A DNA stretch of 39,669 bases from a virus (lineage: Duplodnaviria > Caudoviricetes), in IMG/VR virus record IMGVR_UViG_3300037470_000328, positions 1 to 39,669 of that record, one strand, 5' to 3'. Within the stretch, counting starts at the first letter, position 1; each line of letters starts with the position of its first letter. Under the pieces are notes generated by a model, which worked only from the letters and a program-made list of their open reading frames with translations, ran no database searches and was not told the DNA's origin. A program made the translations under genes and the position numbers. Below, piece after piece: positions 27,460 to 35,412 of the stretch.

Positions 27460-27903
27460 TCAGCGGCCGCGCAACGGGTCGCAGTCTTTCCGCCCGGCCT
27501 CGAGGCACAAATAATACGACCGGGACGCGTCGACGCGCTTTTCCGCGTCGCGTATATCCTCATAACCGGCGCCGTTTTTCTCCAACAGCACCAGCCGATC
27601 CTCCGCGGCCCACATGCTATTGCGCGCCGCGTCGATCAATAGCGCGTCGAGCTTGCTGGCGTTGGATTTTGCCAGCTCGCGCGCGTCGTGTAGTTGCACC
27701 TTGACTTCGTCGGCTTGCGCCAGGGTCAATGTCTCGCCGCGCCTAACGTAGCGCGTGTCGTGCCAGTCGATGTACATGCCGTGCACCTGAATACCCAGGG
27801 CAATCAACGGCGCCGATGTGATTAACGCAGAAATTCCAAGCACGCGCACCACCTCCCGCGCTTTGCCCACCGTGGCTCCCGCTTCGTGTCCTTCCTCCGG
27901 CAT
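27460..27903 (-). CDS. Single-TM membrane protein, holin candidate
   Basis: One hydrophobic segment (VLGISALITSAPLIALGI) then a coiled coil; directly upstream of the endolysin. Confidence 0.5.
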   Translation of the reverse strand: MPEEGHEAGATVGKAREVVRVLGISALITSAPLIALGIQVHGMYIDWHDTRYVRRGETLTLAQADEVKVQLHDARELAKSNASKLDALLIDAARNSMWAAEDRLVLLEKNGAGYEDIRDAEKRVDASRSYYLCLEAGRKDCDPLRGR

Positions 27904-28016
27904 TCTTCCCCCCAAATAAGTTACATTTTTTTGGCTTTTTTGATGGTTGCTCGAATCGTGGCGAGACACGAACCCGCAAACGGGCCCAACTATTCTGCCA
28001 TAAATGCCGATAGCTG

Positions 28017-28373
28017 TTACAGGCCCCCCGCGGCGGCGGCGGCGGCTTGCCACCCTTGGCGCTGCCGTTCGCCGAGCTCATCCCAGGCCGGCAACGGCTT
28101 TCCGTCATAAGCGGTACCGCCGACCTTTTCACAATACGCCCGCCAGGCCCGTTCGCCCGGCGAACAGCACAAGCGCCGCAAATCCGCAGCCAGCAGCGGC
28201 AGGTCGGCTTCGCAGCTGGTCGCATAGGCGGCCGCCGCCACCCTGGCGTGCCGGTCGTGGCTCAGGTCCAGCACAAACAGCCGGCAGTCGGCGTGCTTTT
28301 CTCCGGGCTCGTCGCGACCATCAACCCGCCTTACCAGGTATTTCTCAAACAACCCGCGATTTTCTCCGCTCAT
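28017..28373 (-). CDS. Phage hypothetical protein
   Basis: GL..KY.V.R.DG...PG.KH..C..FVLDL.HD.HA..A..AYA; AGGAG RBS. Confidence 0.7.
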   Translation of the reverse strand: MSGENRGLFEKYLVRRVDGRDEPGEKHADCRLFVLDLSHDRHARVAAAAYATSCEADLPLLAADLRRLCCSPGERAWRAYCEKVGGTAYDGKPLPAWDELGERQRQGWQAAAAAAGGL

Positions 28374-28615
28374 GCTCCGCTCCTTGTGTGAAAAAACCGA
28401 TACCGCGCGAATTCGAAAAAACTAAGCGCCGGGCCGCCGGCGACAACCACCTCCCACAATGCCGGGTATTCGTCCTCGCCATCGAAGCCGACGTCGCCAA
28501 CGCGCAACACGCCCTGCACATACAGGCCGGGCCCGGCCTGCATAACGACCCGCCGGCCGTCGTCGCGCCAGTCCGGCGCGTCGAGCACCGTGTCGCGCCA
28601 TTGCGGCCCGTTCAC
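28370..28615 (-). CDS. Hypothetical protein
   Basis: 4-nt overlaps with both neighbours. Confidence 0.55.
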   Translation of the reverse strand: MNGPQWRDTVLDAPDWRDDGRRVVMQAGPGLYVQGVLRVGDVGFDGEDEYPALWEVVVAGGPALSFFEFARYRFFHTRSGA

Positions 28616-28935
28616 GGCACCACCTTAAATGCGACCCACTGGTCGACCAGGTAATTGCGCCCGTTGTCGCGAATGGTCACGCGCTGCTCAAACATGAGCC
28701 CGACCCGGTCCAGGTTCGGAAATTCGCGGCACTCGCGCAACGTCCAGCGGCCGCCGAAGCCGCAGTCATAACCCGGCGGCAACGCAAACAGGCCGGCCTC
28801 GTTTTCGGACGCCATGATCCGCTCCCAGGTTTTACGCGGACAGGTGAAGCGAACAAAGGCGTGACCGTTCAACCGCTCAGACGCCCGCAAACCGGCCCGG
28901 GCCATCATGGCGTCGTTTTCCTTTCCTCCAATCAT
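28612..28935 (-). CDS. Hypothetical protein
   Basis: ATGA overlap with the upstream stop; AAGGGG RBS. Confidence 0.55.
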   Translation of the reverse strand: MIGGKENDAMMARAGLRASERLNGHAFVRFTCPRKTWERIMASENEAGLFALPPGYDCGFGGRWTLRECREFPNLDRVGLMFEQRVTIRDNGRNYLVDQWVAFKVVP

Positions 28936-29165
28936 GGCTGCCCCTTGGTTTTTTCCATCAATCCAGACAAACCGCAATCACAGCGGCCTGCCCCGGCGCC
29001 GTCGCGCCAACGACAGCGCGGCCGGTGTTGCGCGAACGTTCGCAACGCCCGGATCCATTCGGCCTGCTCAGTAATGCGCCGCTCATTTGCAAGGTCGCGC
29101 GCCGTTTTTGCTTCGGTGAATTGCGACCACTCCAAAAACAAACGATCAAGGGTTTCCGTATTCAT
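28932..29165 (-). CDS. Hypothetical protein with C-terminal Cys/His cluster
   Basis: MNTETLDRLFLEWSQFT.AKT.R; H...C.......CDCGL; ATGA overlap. Confidence 0.6.
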   Translation of the reverse strand: MNTETLDRLFLEWSQFTEAKTARDLANERRITEQAEWIRALRTFAQHRPRCRWRDGAGAGRCDCGLSGLMEKTKGQP

Positions 29166-29407
29166 CGCGCTATTTTTCCCAACGCCACCACGAAAAACCG
29201 CCCCGGCTCCGGCTCGTAACGTCGGCCGAAATTGTGGCAGCTGTCCATGCCGCAGCACTCACGATGACATGGCGGCGGCTCAGACAAAGACAGCCACGCG
29301 CCGCGGGCGGCAAACGGCGGCCGACTGGTGAACCGCTGAAACGGGCACCCGGTATCGCTCGCCAGTTCCCATGCCCCCAACAGTTCCGCGCCGTCTAATT
29401 CCGCCAT
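29162..29407 (-). CDS. Small Cys-rich hypothetical protein
   Basis: MAELDG...GCPF...CHRECCGMDSCH; start uncertain. Confidence 0.4.
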   Translation of the reverse strand: MAELDGAELLGAWELASDTGCPFQRFTSRPPFAARGAWLSLSEPPPCHRECCGMDSCHNFGRRYEPEPGRFFVVALGKIAR

Positions 29408-29569
29408 TTTTGCGCCCGACCTTACTTCCTCAGACAATGTGTTCAACTGGCCGCCAGCCCGGAAGCCAAGCCCCGCTTGCTTTTCCCGCTCCGCGCGCTT
29501 GAGTTGCACTTGCGCATTTTTGCGTTAAGCTCTATCACCAAATCAGTGAGAATCGACCGCGGCGCGCGC

Positions 29570-29800
29570 TCAATGCGCCGGCCGCCATTCCAAAAAGCTC
29601 CCGCCGTTCAGGTCGTACACGTAGCGACCGTGCGCGAAGTCGCGCACCCAGCGCGCCTCGTCCTTTTCCCGCATGTCGTACACGAACGGCGAGCCACAGC
29701 AGCCGCAGCCGCCGACCACCAGGTCGAGGCGCCGTGACAACGCGGTCAGTTCCTCAGTGAACGCGGCGACGCGCTCGTCGAATGTTTGCGGTTTTCCCAT
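29570..29800 (-). CDS. Hypothetical protein with GGCGCCGSP motif
   Basis: AAGGAGG RBS; 76 aa ORF. Confidence 0.65.
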   Translation of the reverse strand: MGKPQTFDERVAAFTEELTALSRRLDLVVGGCGCCGSPFVYDMREKDEARWVRDFAHGRYVYDLNGGSFLEWRPAH

Positions 29801-29814
29801 GTTCCCTCCTTACC

Positions 29815-30159
29815 TCACCAGCGCACCGTCGCCAACAGCCACAGCGGCAGCCCCAGCAACAGCGCAACCAATACCAGCGCCAGCCCCAGCGCGGCCAGCC
29901 CGCGGCGCCACAGGCGCCAGTGCCAGCGGCCCCGGGCGGCCGTGTTCAGCGCGGCGCGCATAACCGGCCCGTAGCGCGTGACCTTCGTTCCCTTCCGGTC
30001 GCCGCGCCATTCGTGCTCCACCTTGAGCCAATCACCCGACGCCGCGTTCACGCGCCGCGCGTACCAGGGCGCCCGGGAGGCGCGCGTGCGTATGACGTGC
30101 CGGCCCGCCGGCCGGGCCCGCCGCACCGGTACCCCGAACGCTTTGTGCTGCTCAGGCAT
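29815..30159 (-). CDS. Basic hypothetical protein with a C-terminal TM helix
   Basis: Arg-rich body with LAALGLALVLVALLLGLPLWLL tail. Confidence 0.5.
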   Translation of the reverse strand: MPEQHKAFGVPVRRARPAGRHVIRTRASRAPWYARRVNAASGDWLKVEHEWRGDRKGTKVTRYGPVMRAALNTAARGRWHWRLWRRGLAALGLALVLVALLLGLPLWLLATVRW

Positions 30160-30448
30160 GGCCGGGCGCCTGCATGGCGGCCTGCGCGGCATAGGCCCGC
30201 GCCCGCGCCCGCAGGTCGGCCACCAGCTCGGCGGCGTCGGCTTCGGGACAGCTACCCGCAATCACCGCGCCGGCCAGGCGTTCGAGCTGCGCGGCCCACT
30301 CGAGCGCCATGTCGTGCCGCACGAACAACGCCGGCACCCAGCCCTCGCCAGGCACATGAGCCGCACAGCGCGGTGAATCGGTCAGAATGGCAGCCAGGCC
30401 CAGCAACAGCACAACGGCCTCGGTTGCTTCGTGTTTCGGTTCGCTCAT
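30152..30448 (-). CDS. Hypothetical protein
   Basis: MSEPKHE start with ATGA overlap. Confidence 0.5.
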   Translation of the reverse strand: MSEPKHEATEAVVLLLGLAAILTDSPRCAAHVPGEGWVPALFVRHDMALEWAAQLERLAGAVIAGSCPEADAAELVADLRARARAYAAQAAMQAPGHA

Positions 30449-30687
30449 GGTTGCCCCCGTTCGAAAAATTCGCAGGCAGGGATGCCCATGCGAATATCGG
30501 TGCCGGGCCCGCCGGTCGGCTTGACAAGCCCGCACTTAAAAAACGTACGCGAACCGCCGGCGACGCGCCGGAAGTGCGCACAATCCTTGCATTTCATCCC
30601 GGCCGGGCCGGCGCCAGGGGTCCCGCGGTAGCCGTTGCCCTTGGCTTGCAAGCCTGGCACCTGTCCCAACAAATCGCGCGCGCTCAT
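30445..30687 (-). CDS. Small Cys-rich (putative Zn-binding) protein
   Basis: PG.GP.G..CKDC.HF...KC.L...DIR....AC..F. Confidence 0.65.
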   Translation of the reverse strand: MSARDLLGQVPGLQAKGNGYRGTPGAGPAGMKCKDCAHFRRVAGGSRTFFKCGLVKPTGGPGTDIRMGIPACEFFERGQP

Positions 30688-30693
30688 GCCGCC

Positions 30694-31272
30694 CTACTCC
30701 TGAATCACAAAGCGCCGCATGGCCGCGTCGATCTGGTCCTGTTCGATGCCGATGTAACGCAGCGTAATGGCTGGGCTCGAATGGTTCAAAATCCGCTGCA
30801 GCAACGCAACGTCGCCGGTTTGCTTGTAAAAGTGATAGCCAAACGTTTTCCGTAAAGTATGCGTGCCAATGTGTTCGACGCCGTGCCGCTGCGCAACCTC
30901 GCGCAACACTTGGTAAGCCCGGGTCCGGCTCATGGGCCGGTTGCCACCCTGGCGCGACCGAAACAAAAACACCCGGTCGTCCAGGCCGCCGACGTATTCC
31001 AATAAAGCCCGTTTGAGTTTTGGGGTCATAGTGATAAACCGCTTTTTTCCGGTCTTTTTTTCCTTCACCTCGATGTACTGGCGCGCCACGTCGGCGCCGT
31101 TTTGTGCCTTGCGCCGCACATCGCCGGCCCGCAGTTGCAACAAATCCGAAATTCTCAGCGCGGTATTCGTTCCGGCCACAAACAGCAGACAGTCGCGCGG
31201 ATTGCGCGCCGCCAGGTCGCCCTCGATCGCGGCCACCTTGGCCGGGTCGCGAATGGGTTGAACGACGTTCAA
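30694..31272 (-). CDS. Tyrosine recombinase, catalytic domain only (192 aa)
   Basis: Catalytic set R (TALRISD), K (EKKTGK), HTLR, H (LNHSS) and Y (TLRYIG). TTG start overlaps the upstream TGA. Confidence 0.9.
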   Translation of the reverse strand: MNVVQPIRDPAKVAAIEGDLAARNPRDCLLFVAGTNTALRISDLLQLRAGDVRRKAQNGADVARQYIEVKEKKTGKKRFITMTPKLKRALLEYVGGLDDRVFLFRSRQGGNRPMSRTRAYQVLREVAQRHGVEHIGTHTLRKTFGYHFYKQTGDVALLQRILNHSSPAITLRYIGIEQDQIDAAMRRFVIQE

Positions 31273-31544
31273 TCGCCGACCTCGACGCGCCGCGCAACGT
31301 GGATGGTTTGTGAGCCGTCCGCGTGCACCACCGCCCATACTTGGCGCCCGGCACTTTCGTATAGCGGCCCGCGCAGGTGTTCTGCTTCTCGCAACACAAG
31401 CGGAACGTCGAACGCATAACGCCGATAATTTTGCCCTTCCGCAAACTCCGCCGGGTCAGCCGGCGGCGCAATGCCGACCTCGCTCAAATTGCGCGGCGCT
31501 TTGCGCCAACGCAACAGGCGCCGAATTACCGCCGCCAGCTTCAT
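31269..31544 (-). CDS. Hypothetical protein
   Basis: 4-nt overlaps on both sides. Confidence 0.55.
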   Translation of the reverse strand: MKLAAVIRRLLRWRKAPRNLSEVGIAPPADPAEFAEGQNYRRYAFDVPLVLREAEHLRGPLYESAGRQVWAVVHADGSQTIHVARRVEVGD

Positions 31545-31978
31545 GTCCGCAACTCAGTCGCCGGCGCCTGCTCCGGCGGATCCGGCCAATCCGGCCAGCG
31601 GTGCGCATAAAGGCGCCGCCAGGCAACCGCAGACCGACGCCGCACCGAATCCTGCCACACCACAAAGCCGGTCAGCGCGGTATAGGTCCAGCCGGTAACG
31701 ACGCCGGCCAGCGTCAGCCCGGACGCCGAACCCACGATCGCCAAAACAACAAGGACGGTTTGCGCCAGCACCAGCACGCCGAACGCCGCCACCGGCCATG
31801 GCAACGACTGACGGCGCCGCACCGGCGGCCATTTTTTCCGGTAACTGTGCCAGGCCCGATCCAGACCGCGCGCGTAGCGGACACAGCACTCCGCCGGGTC
31901 GTAATCCGCAGCGCACAGCCAATCCAACGCCATGCGCGTGGTTAAACCGGACCAGGGCCGGCGCGAATATGCGGTCAT
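31541..31978 (-). CDS. Hypothetical membrane protein (2 TM)
   Basis: AAGGAGG RBS; two hydrophobic segments. Confidence 0.6.
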   Translation of the reverse strand: MTAYSRRPWSGLTTRMALDWLCAADYDPAECCVRYARGLDRAWHSYRKKWPPVRRRQSLPWPVAAFGVLVLAQTVLVVLAIVGSASGLTLAGVVTGWTYTALTGFVVWQDSVRRRSAVAWRRLYAHRWPDWPDPPEQAPATELRT

Positions 31979-32991
31979 GCAGCCTCCTTCAAACTTTTTA
32001 GCCAGTTGTGCAAATGGTCGGGCACGGCATCGCCGGCCGCCGTCATGCGCTCGATCAATTCCGCCAACAGTGCCGGCGGTTCGGAAAATTCAATGGTCAG
32101 AATACCGTAACGACCGCAGGCAACCTCCAGCACCCCGGGCCATGTTTGCCACCAGGCCGGCGGCGCGCTGCCCGCGCGAGGCTGGCCGCCCTGGCTCGAT
32201 GCGTCCTCCCAGCGCCGCTCGGCCAGCCAGCCCTGGCCGTACTTGGCCGGCGCGCTCGGGTCGGCCTGGCGGCGCTTACACTCCGCCCGCGCCGCCGCCA
32301 GCAACGGTAGGTCCCAGCCGGCCGCGTGCCCCTTGTGTAACCGCTCGACTGTAAGCCAGGTGTCCGCGGTCGGCGCCTTGTTGCCGTAACGACCAAACGC
32401 CTCCCACCAGCGTTCGAACCGATGCAGCGCGGCGCCGGATAGCTTTTTGCCCTTGGCTGTCAAATAGACCGACGGCGGGTCGCCGGAAGGCGGGCCGCCA
32501 TTATTTTGGATTCCTTGATGATTCACTGGTGGTTCGGATGGCACAGCGCCACCCCCCGCGCGACTTTCTGCCACCCCTTTTGGCGGCACCGGGCCACCCC
32601 TGGCGCTCTGCCACCCCTGGCGCTCTGCCACCCCTTTTGCCGCGTCTCCGGCGCCGGCGGGGTCGGCGCCCGCGGCTGGCTCGGTCACGATTTCCGGCCC
32701 GAACAGGCCGCGCTGTTCCATTTGCAAATAGTAGATATTGCGCTCGGTTTTGGTCCGCGCGTCCTTCGGCACCCCTACCTTGATACGCACCAGGCCCAAC
32801 GCTTCGAGCTTAGCAATAGCGCGGTCGACCGTGCGCTTGTCACAATCCAGCTTTTCCGCCAGGCTGTTTTTGCCGGGCCAGGCCACGCCGTCGTCGTTGG
32901 CCTGATCGGCCAACCGCACCAACACCGCCTTGGCTGCCAATCCAACGCCGCGGACTTCGTTATACGCCCACGTCAGCGCCGTGTTGCTCAA
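31975..32991 (-). CDS. Replication initiator (N-terminal winged HTH, lambda O-like architecture)
   Basis: KAVLVRLAD.AND.G..WPG...LA......RTV.RAI..LE..GLV; low-complexity linker with iterons; C-terminal FE.WW.AF...WL..RRWED. Confidence 0.85.
   Translation of the reverse strand: MSNTALTWAYNEVRGVGLAAKAVLVRLADQANDDGVAWPGKNSLAEKLDCDKRTVDRAIAKLEALGLVRIKVGVPKDARTKTERNIYYLQMEQRGLFGPEIVTEPAAGADPAGAGDAAKGVAERQGWQSARGGPVPPKGVAESRAGGGAVPSEPPVNHQGIQNNGGPPSGDPPSVYLTAKGKKLSGAALHRFERWWEAFGRYGNKAPTADTWLTVERLHKGHAAGWDLPLLAAARAECKRRQADPSAPAKYGQGWLAERRWEDASSQGGQPRAGSAPPAWWQTWPGVLEVACGRYGILTIEFSEPPALLAELIERMTAAGDAVPDHLHNWLKSLKEAA
32548..32634. repeat. Iterons, probable replication origin
   Basis: GCCACCCC at 32548, 32570, 32593, 32610 and 32627; the last three form a 17-bp tandem (GCCACCCCTGGCGCTCT). 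An AT-richer patch lies at ~32500-32527. Confidence 0.75.
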
Positions 32992-33039
32992 TCCATCCTC
33001 CCCGGCGCCTCTATGGGCGCTCGGCTGTTCTTTTTCTGT

Positions 33040-33273
33040 TCAGCCGCCCGGGCCCCGCACGACCAACAGCCCATCGACCACCCGCTGCCCGTAATCCGTC
33101 AGTCGGCCGTCGCCGTAACGCCGCAACGCCAAGCCCAACACCTCATTGGCGCGACGCTCCGGCAAAGGATCCGGCCAGGCGTTGACCGCCTGGCGTGAAA
33201 TACCAAACGCCGCCGCCAGCGATTCACCGAACATGGCCGCGGCTTGTTCTTTTGTCAGGCTGAAATACCCCAT
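33040..33273 (-). CDS. Cro-like HTH regulator
   Basis: TK.QA...FG..LA.AFGISRQAV..W...LP..RA pattern; first gene of the leftward operon. Confidence 0.8.
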   Translation of the reverse strand: MGYFSLTKEQAAAMFGESLAAAFGISRQAVNAWPDPLPERRANEVLGLALRRYGDGRLTDYGQRVVDGLLVVRGPGG

Positions 33274-33280
33274 GCCTGCC

Positions 33281-33309
33281 ATTTAACACCAGCCCCGCAA
33301 CCCTGTCAA
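33281..33309 (-). promoter_or_regulatory. Leftward sigma70-type promoter
   Basis: TTGACA (33309-33304), 17 nt, TTAAAT (weak -10). Confidence 0.5.
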
Positions 33310-33315
33310 TATATC

Positions 33316-33344
33316 TTGACCGCTTTGCAATTTTGATTTACGCT
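33316..33344 (+). promoter_or_regulatory. Rightward sigma70-type promoter
   Basis: TTGACC (33316-33321), 17 nt, TACGCT (33339-33344). Confidence 0.65.
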
Positions 33345-33380
33345 GGTTTCATGGACGCAACCACCCGCCGTTCCCCCCCA

Positions 33381-33447
33381 GGAGCCGCCCGGCCCGATCG
33401 CCCTTGCCCAATGGGCCCGCGGCCGGGCGCGCTCCGCTTTTTTCTTT
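33381..33447 (+). terminator. Long leader hairpin with U-tract (attenuator/terminator candidate)
   Basis: GGAGC-CGCCCGGCC pairs with GGCCGGGCG-c-GCTCC, followed by GCTTTTTTCTTT. Confidence 0.5.
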
Positions 33448-33462
33448 GACGAGGAAAACGCC

Positions 33463-33837
33463 ATGCCAGAAGCACGAGCCATTCGCCCCTTTGACCAGGT
33501 CCTGCGCGAAATCAACGCCGGCCGGCTAGTCGACGAACTGACCGACGAACTGACCGAAGTTATTGCCGCCGTACGCGAGACCGGCAAAGCGGGCGAGCTG
33601 GTCCTGTCCTTGAAATTGAAGCCGCGCGGCGAATGCAACACGCAGCTCGAGGTCGTGCCAGCGGTTAAAGGCAAACGCCCCGAGCGTGCGCGCCGCGTGT
33701 CCATTTTCTTTGTCAACGAGGACAACGGCCTGCAGCGCGACGACCCATACCAGCACCAATTCCCCGAGCTGCGCCCCGCTGGCGCGCTCAACACCGCCAC
33801 CAACACCCAAACGGAGACGCGCCGCCATGACGGATGA
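33463..33837 (+). CDS. Conserved phage protein, partner of DUF2303 (YfdP-like)
   Basis: F...L..IN.G....EL...L..V..AV.ETGK.G.L.L.L..KP...SIFFV.ED..L.R.DP.Q; GAGG RBS. Confidence 0.75.
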   Translation: MPEARAIRPFDQVLREINAGRLVDELTDELTEVIAAVRETGKAGELVLSLKLKPRGECNTQLEVVPAVKGKRPERARRVSIFFVNEDNGLQRDDPYQHQFPELRPAGALNTATNTQTETRRHDG

Positions 33838-33900
33838 CGCTAACAACACCCCCCACCGCCGCTGGCGTATAGCCTCGAACCCGAACAACCGTACGAAACC

Positions 33901-34659
33901 ATGGTCGACGGCCGGCCGTTGCTGGTCGCGCCGCCGCGCTGGACGGTAAATGAGCTGACCCAGCTGCTACGCGAACCCGCCGGCCGGGTCAAGACAACGG
34001 CAAAATTTCAAGACCTGACCTCCTGGCTTGAATATGTCGAACGCTACCAGGAGGTCGGCACCGCCATCTGGCTGCGAGAGGAAAGCGGCAAACTCACGCT
34101 CAACGCCATACTGGACTACCACGAAGCCGAAAACCGCGCGCCGCCGACGCCGCGCTGGTGTCAGCATGTGGCCTGCTTTGAGGCCGAACCGCGGCCGGCT
34201 TGGTCGGCCTGGCTGAAAGCCGACGGCCTATTCGTCAAGCAGTCTGACTTCGCCGACTTTCTGTACCAAAACCGCGCCGAGGTCGTCGAGCCCGCCGGCG
34301 CCGAACTTCTCGAAATCGTGCAAACCCTCAAAGCCACCGCGGCCGGCGAATTCCGCGAAGCCCGCGACGACTTTTCCGGGTCGGCCGAGCTGATTTATCG
34401 CATGAAGGTCTCGGCCAATGCGGGCACCCAAGACCGGCCGCTGATCGTGCCGACACGGTTTGACGTGGCGGTGCAACCCTACCACGGCTGCCCGGTGCTA
34501 AACCTGGCGGCCGACTTGCGGTTGCGGCCGCCCAAAAATGACGGCGAACCGCTGCTGCTCGGCTTCCGCTTCTACCGCCTGGCCGACGCGCTCGAACAGT
34601 TCACAGAACAGCTGGCGCGCTTTGTTCACGACCGGCTGCTGCTGTCCGTTTGGCGCTAA
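33901..34659 (+). CDS. DUF2303 (YfdQ-like) protein; true start may be 33827 (see findings)
   Basis: P..RV......D..S..EY, AILDYH, W..H, W.AW...DG....Q.DFA.FL, P.GA.LLE, P.RF......Y.G motifs. Confidence 0.8.
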   Translation: MVDGRPLLVAPPRWTVNELTQLLREPAGRVKTTAKFQDLTSWLEYVERYQEVGTAIWLREESGKLTLNAILDYHEAENRAPPTPRWCQHVACFEAEPRPAWSAWLKADGLFVKQSDFADFLYQNRAEVVEPAGAELLEIVQTLKATAAGEFREARDDFSGSAELIYRMKVSANAGTQDRPLIVPTRFDVAVQPYHGCPVLNLAADLRLRPPKNDGEPLLLGFRFYRLADALEQFTEQLARFVHDRLLLSVWR

Positions 34660-34661
34660 CC

Positions 34662-35078
34662 ATGCACGCCGCGCCGCACACGGCCGACCTGTTTTCCTCG
34701 CCGCCCGGATCCGCGGCCGCTGGCGCCTTCAGCTATCAGGCGCTGGCGGCCGCCGTGATCGCGCGCGAGCCGGCGACCTATGACGCCGCGTTCCGCGCCT
34801 GGCTGGCAGCCAACCGGCCACTATGGACCCGTTTTTGCCAGGTGGCCGACCGTTTGCGCAACCGGCGCGCGCACCACTCCGCGCGCGCTATTTTCCACCA
34901 TTTGCGGCTGGAAACCGACCTGGCCGAACAGCCGGTCGGCCGCCAGCTGCCCGCGTTCAAGATCAACAACAACCACAGCGCGCTATGCGCGCGCCTGTAC
35001 AACGCACTGAGCCCGGATCGCGCCGGCTTTTTCCGCACGCGCGACCGGCTGCAAGGAGCCCCACGTGATGACGCTTAA
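34662..35078 (+). CDS. Hypothetical phage protein
   Basis: F..W..AN..LW..F, HSARAI.H.LR, FKINNN.....ARLY and FF.TR motifs. Confidence 0.7.
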   Translation: MHAAPHTADLFSSPPGSAAAGAFSYQALAAAVIAREPATYDAAFRAWLAANRPLWTRFCQVADRLRNRRAHHSARAIFHHLRLETDLAEQPVGRQLPAFKINNNHSALCARLYNALSPDRAGFFRTRDRLQGAPRDDA

Positions 35079-35187
35079 AACATTGGCCGGCGCCGCCGGT
35101 TTCGTGCTGTTTCTGCTCGGCTGTTTGGCGCTGGTCGCTCAGCTGGCCGCCCTGTTTGAAGCGGCGCGCCAGGCGGTGCTGCCGTGA
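35068..35187 (+). CDS. Small membrane protein (39 aa, not in the ORF track)
   Basis: AAGGAG RBS; MTLKTLAGAAGFVLFLLGCLALVAQLAALF... Confidence 0.55.
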   Translation: MTLKTLAGAAGFVLFLLGCLALVAQLAALFEAARQAVLP

Positions 35188-35193
35188 GCGCAA

Positions 35194-35412
35194 TTGAAAA
35201 AGCCGGCACCGGTTGATATGCCCGAGGACGACCGCATACCCGACCCGCGCGACCGGCCCGCGCCGGCCCATGACCGCTATCTGCCGGACAACCACCCGGC
35301 CAGCCTGGCCGCCTTCGAAGAATGGTGCCGCGTGATGAGCGCGCGCGGCGGCCTCGACGCTATTGCCGCCTATCGGCAACACATTCGAAGCACACAACGG
35401 AGAACCCCATGA
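35194..35412 (+). CDS. Hypothetical protein
   Basis: Fills the gap; its stop overlaps the next ATG; start uncertain. Confidence 0.45.
   Translation: MKKPAPVDMPEDDRIPDPRDRPAPAHDRYLPDNHPASLAAFEEWCRVMSARGGLDAIAAYRQHIRSTQRRTP

Noticed and set aside
29408-29569. Gap between small genes as a regulatory element or pseudogene
   Set aside because: Several short frames are possible, but I could not support a promoter, structure or homology by eye.
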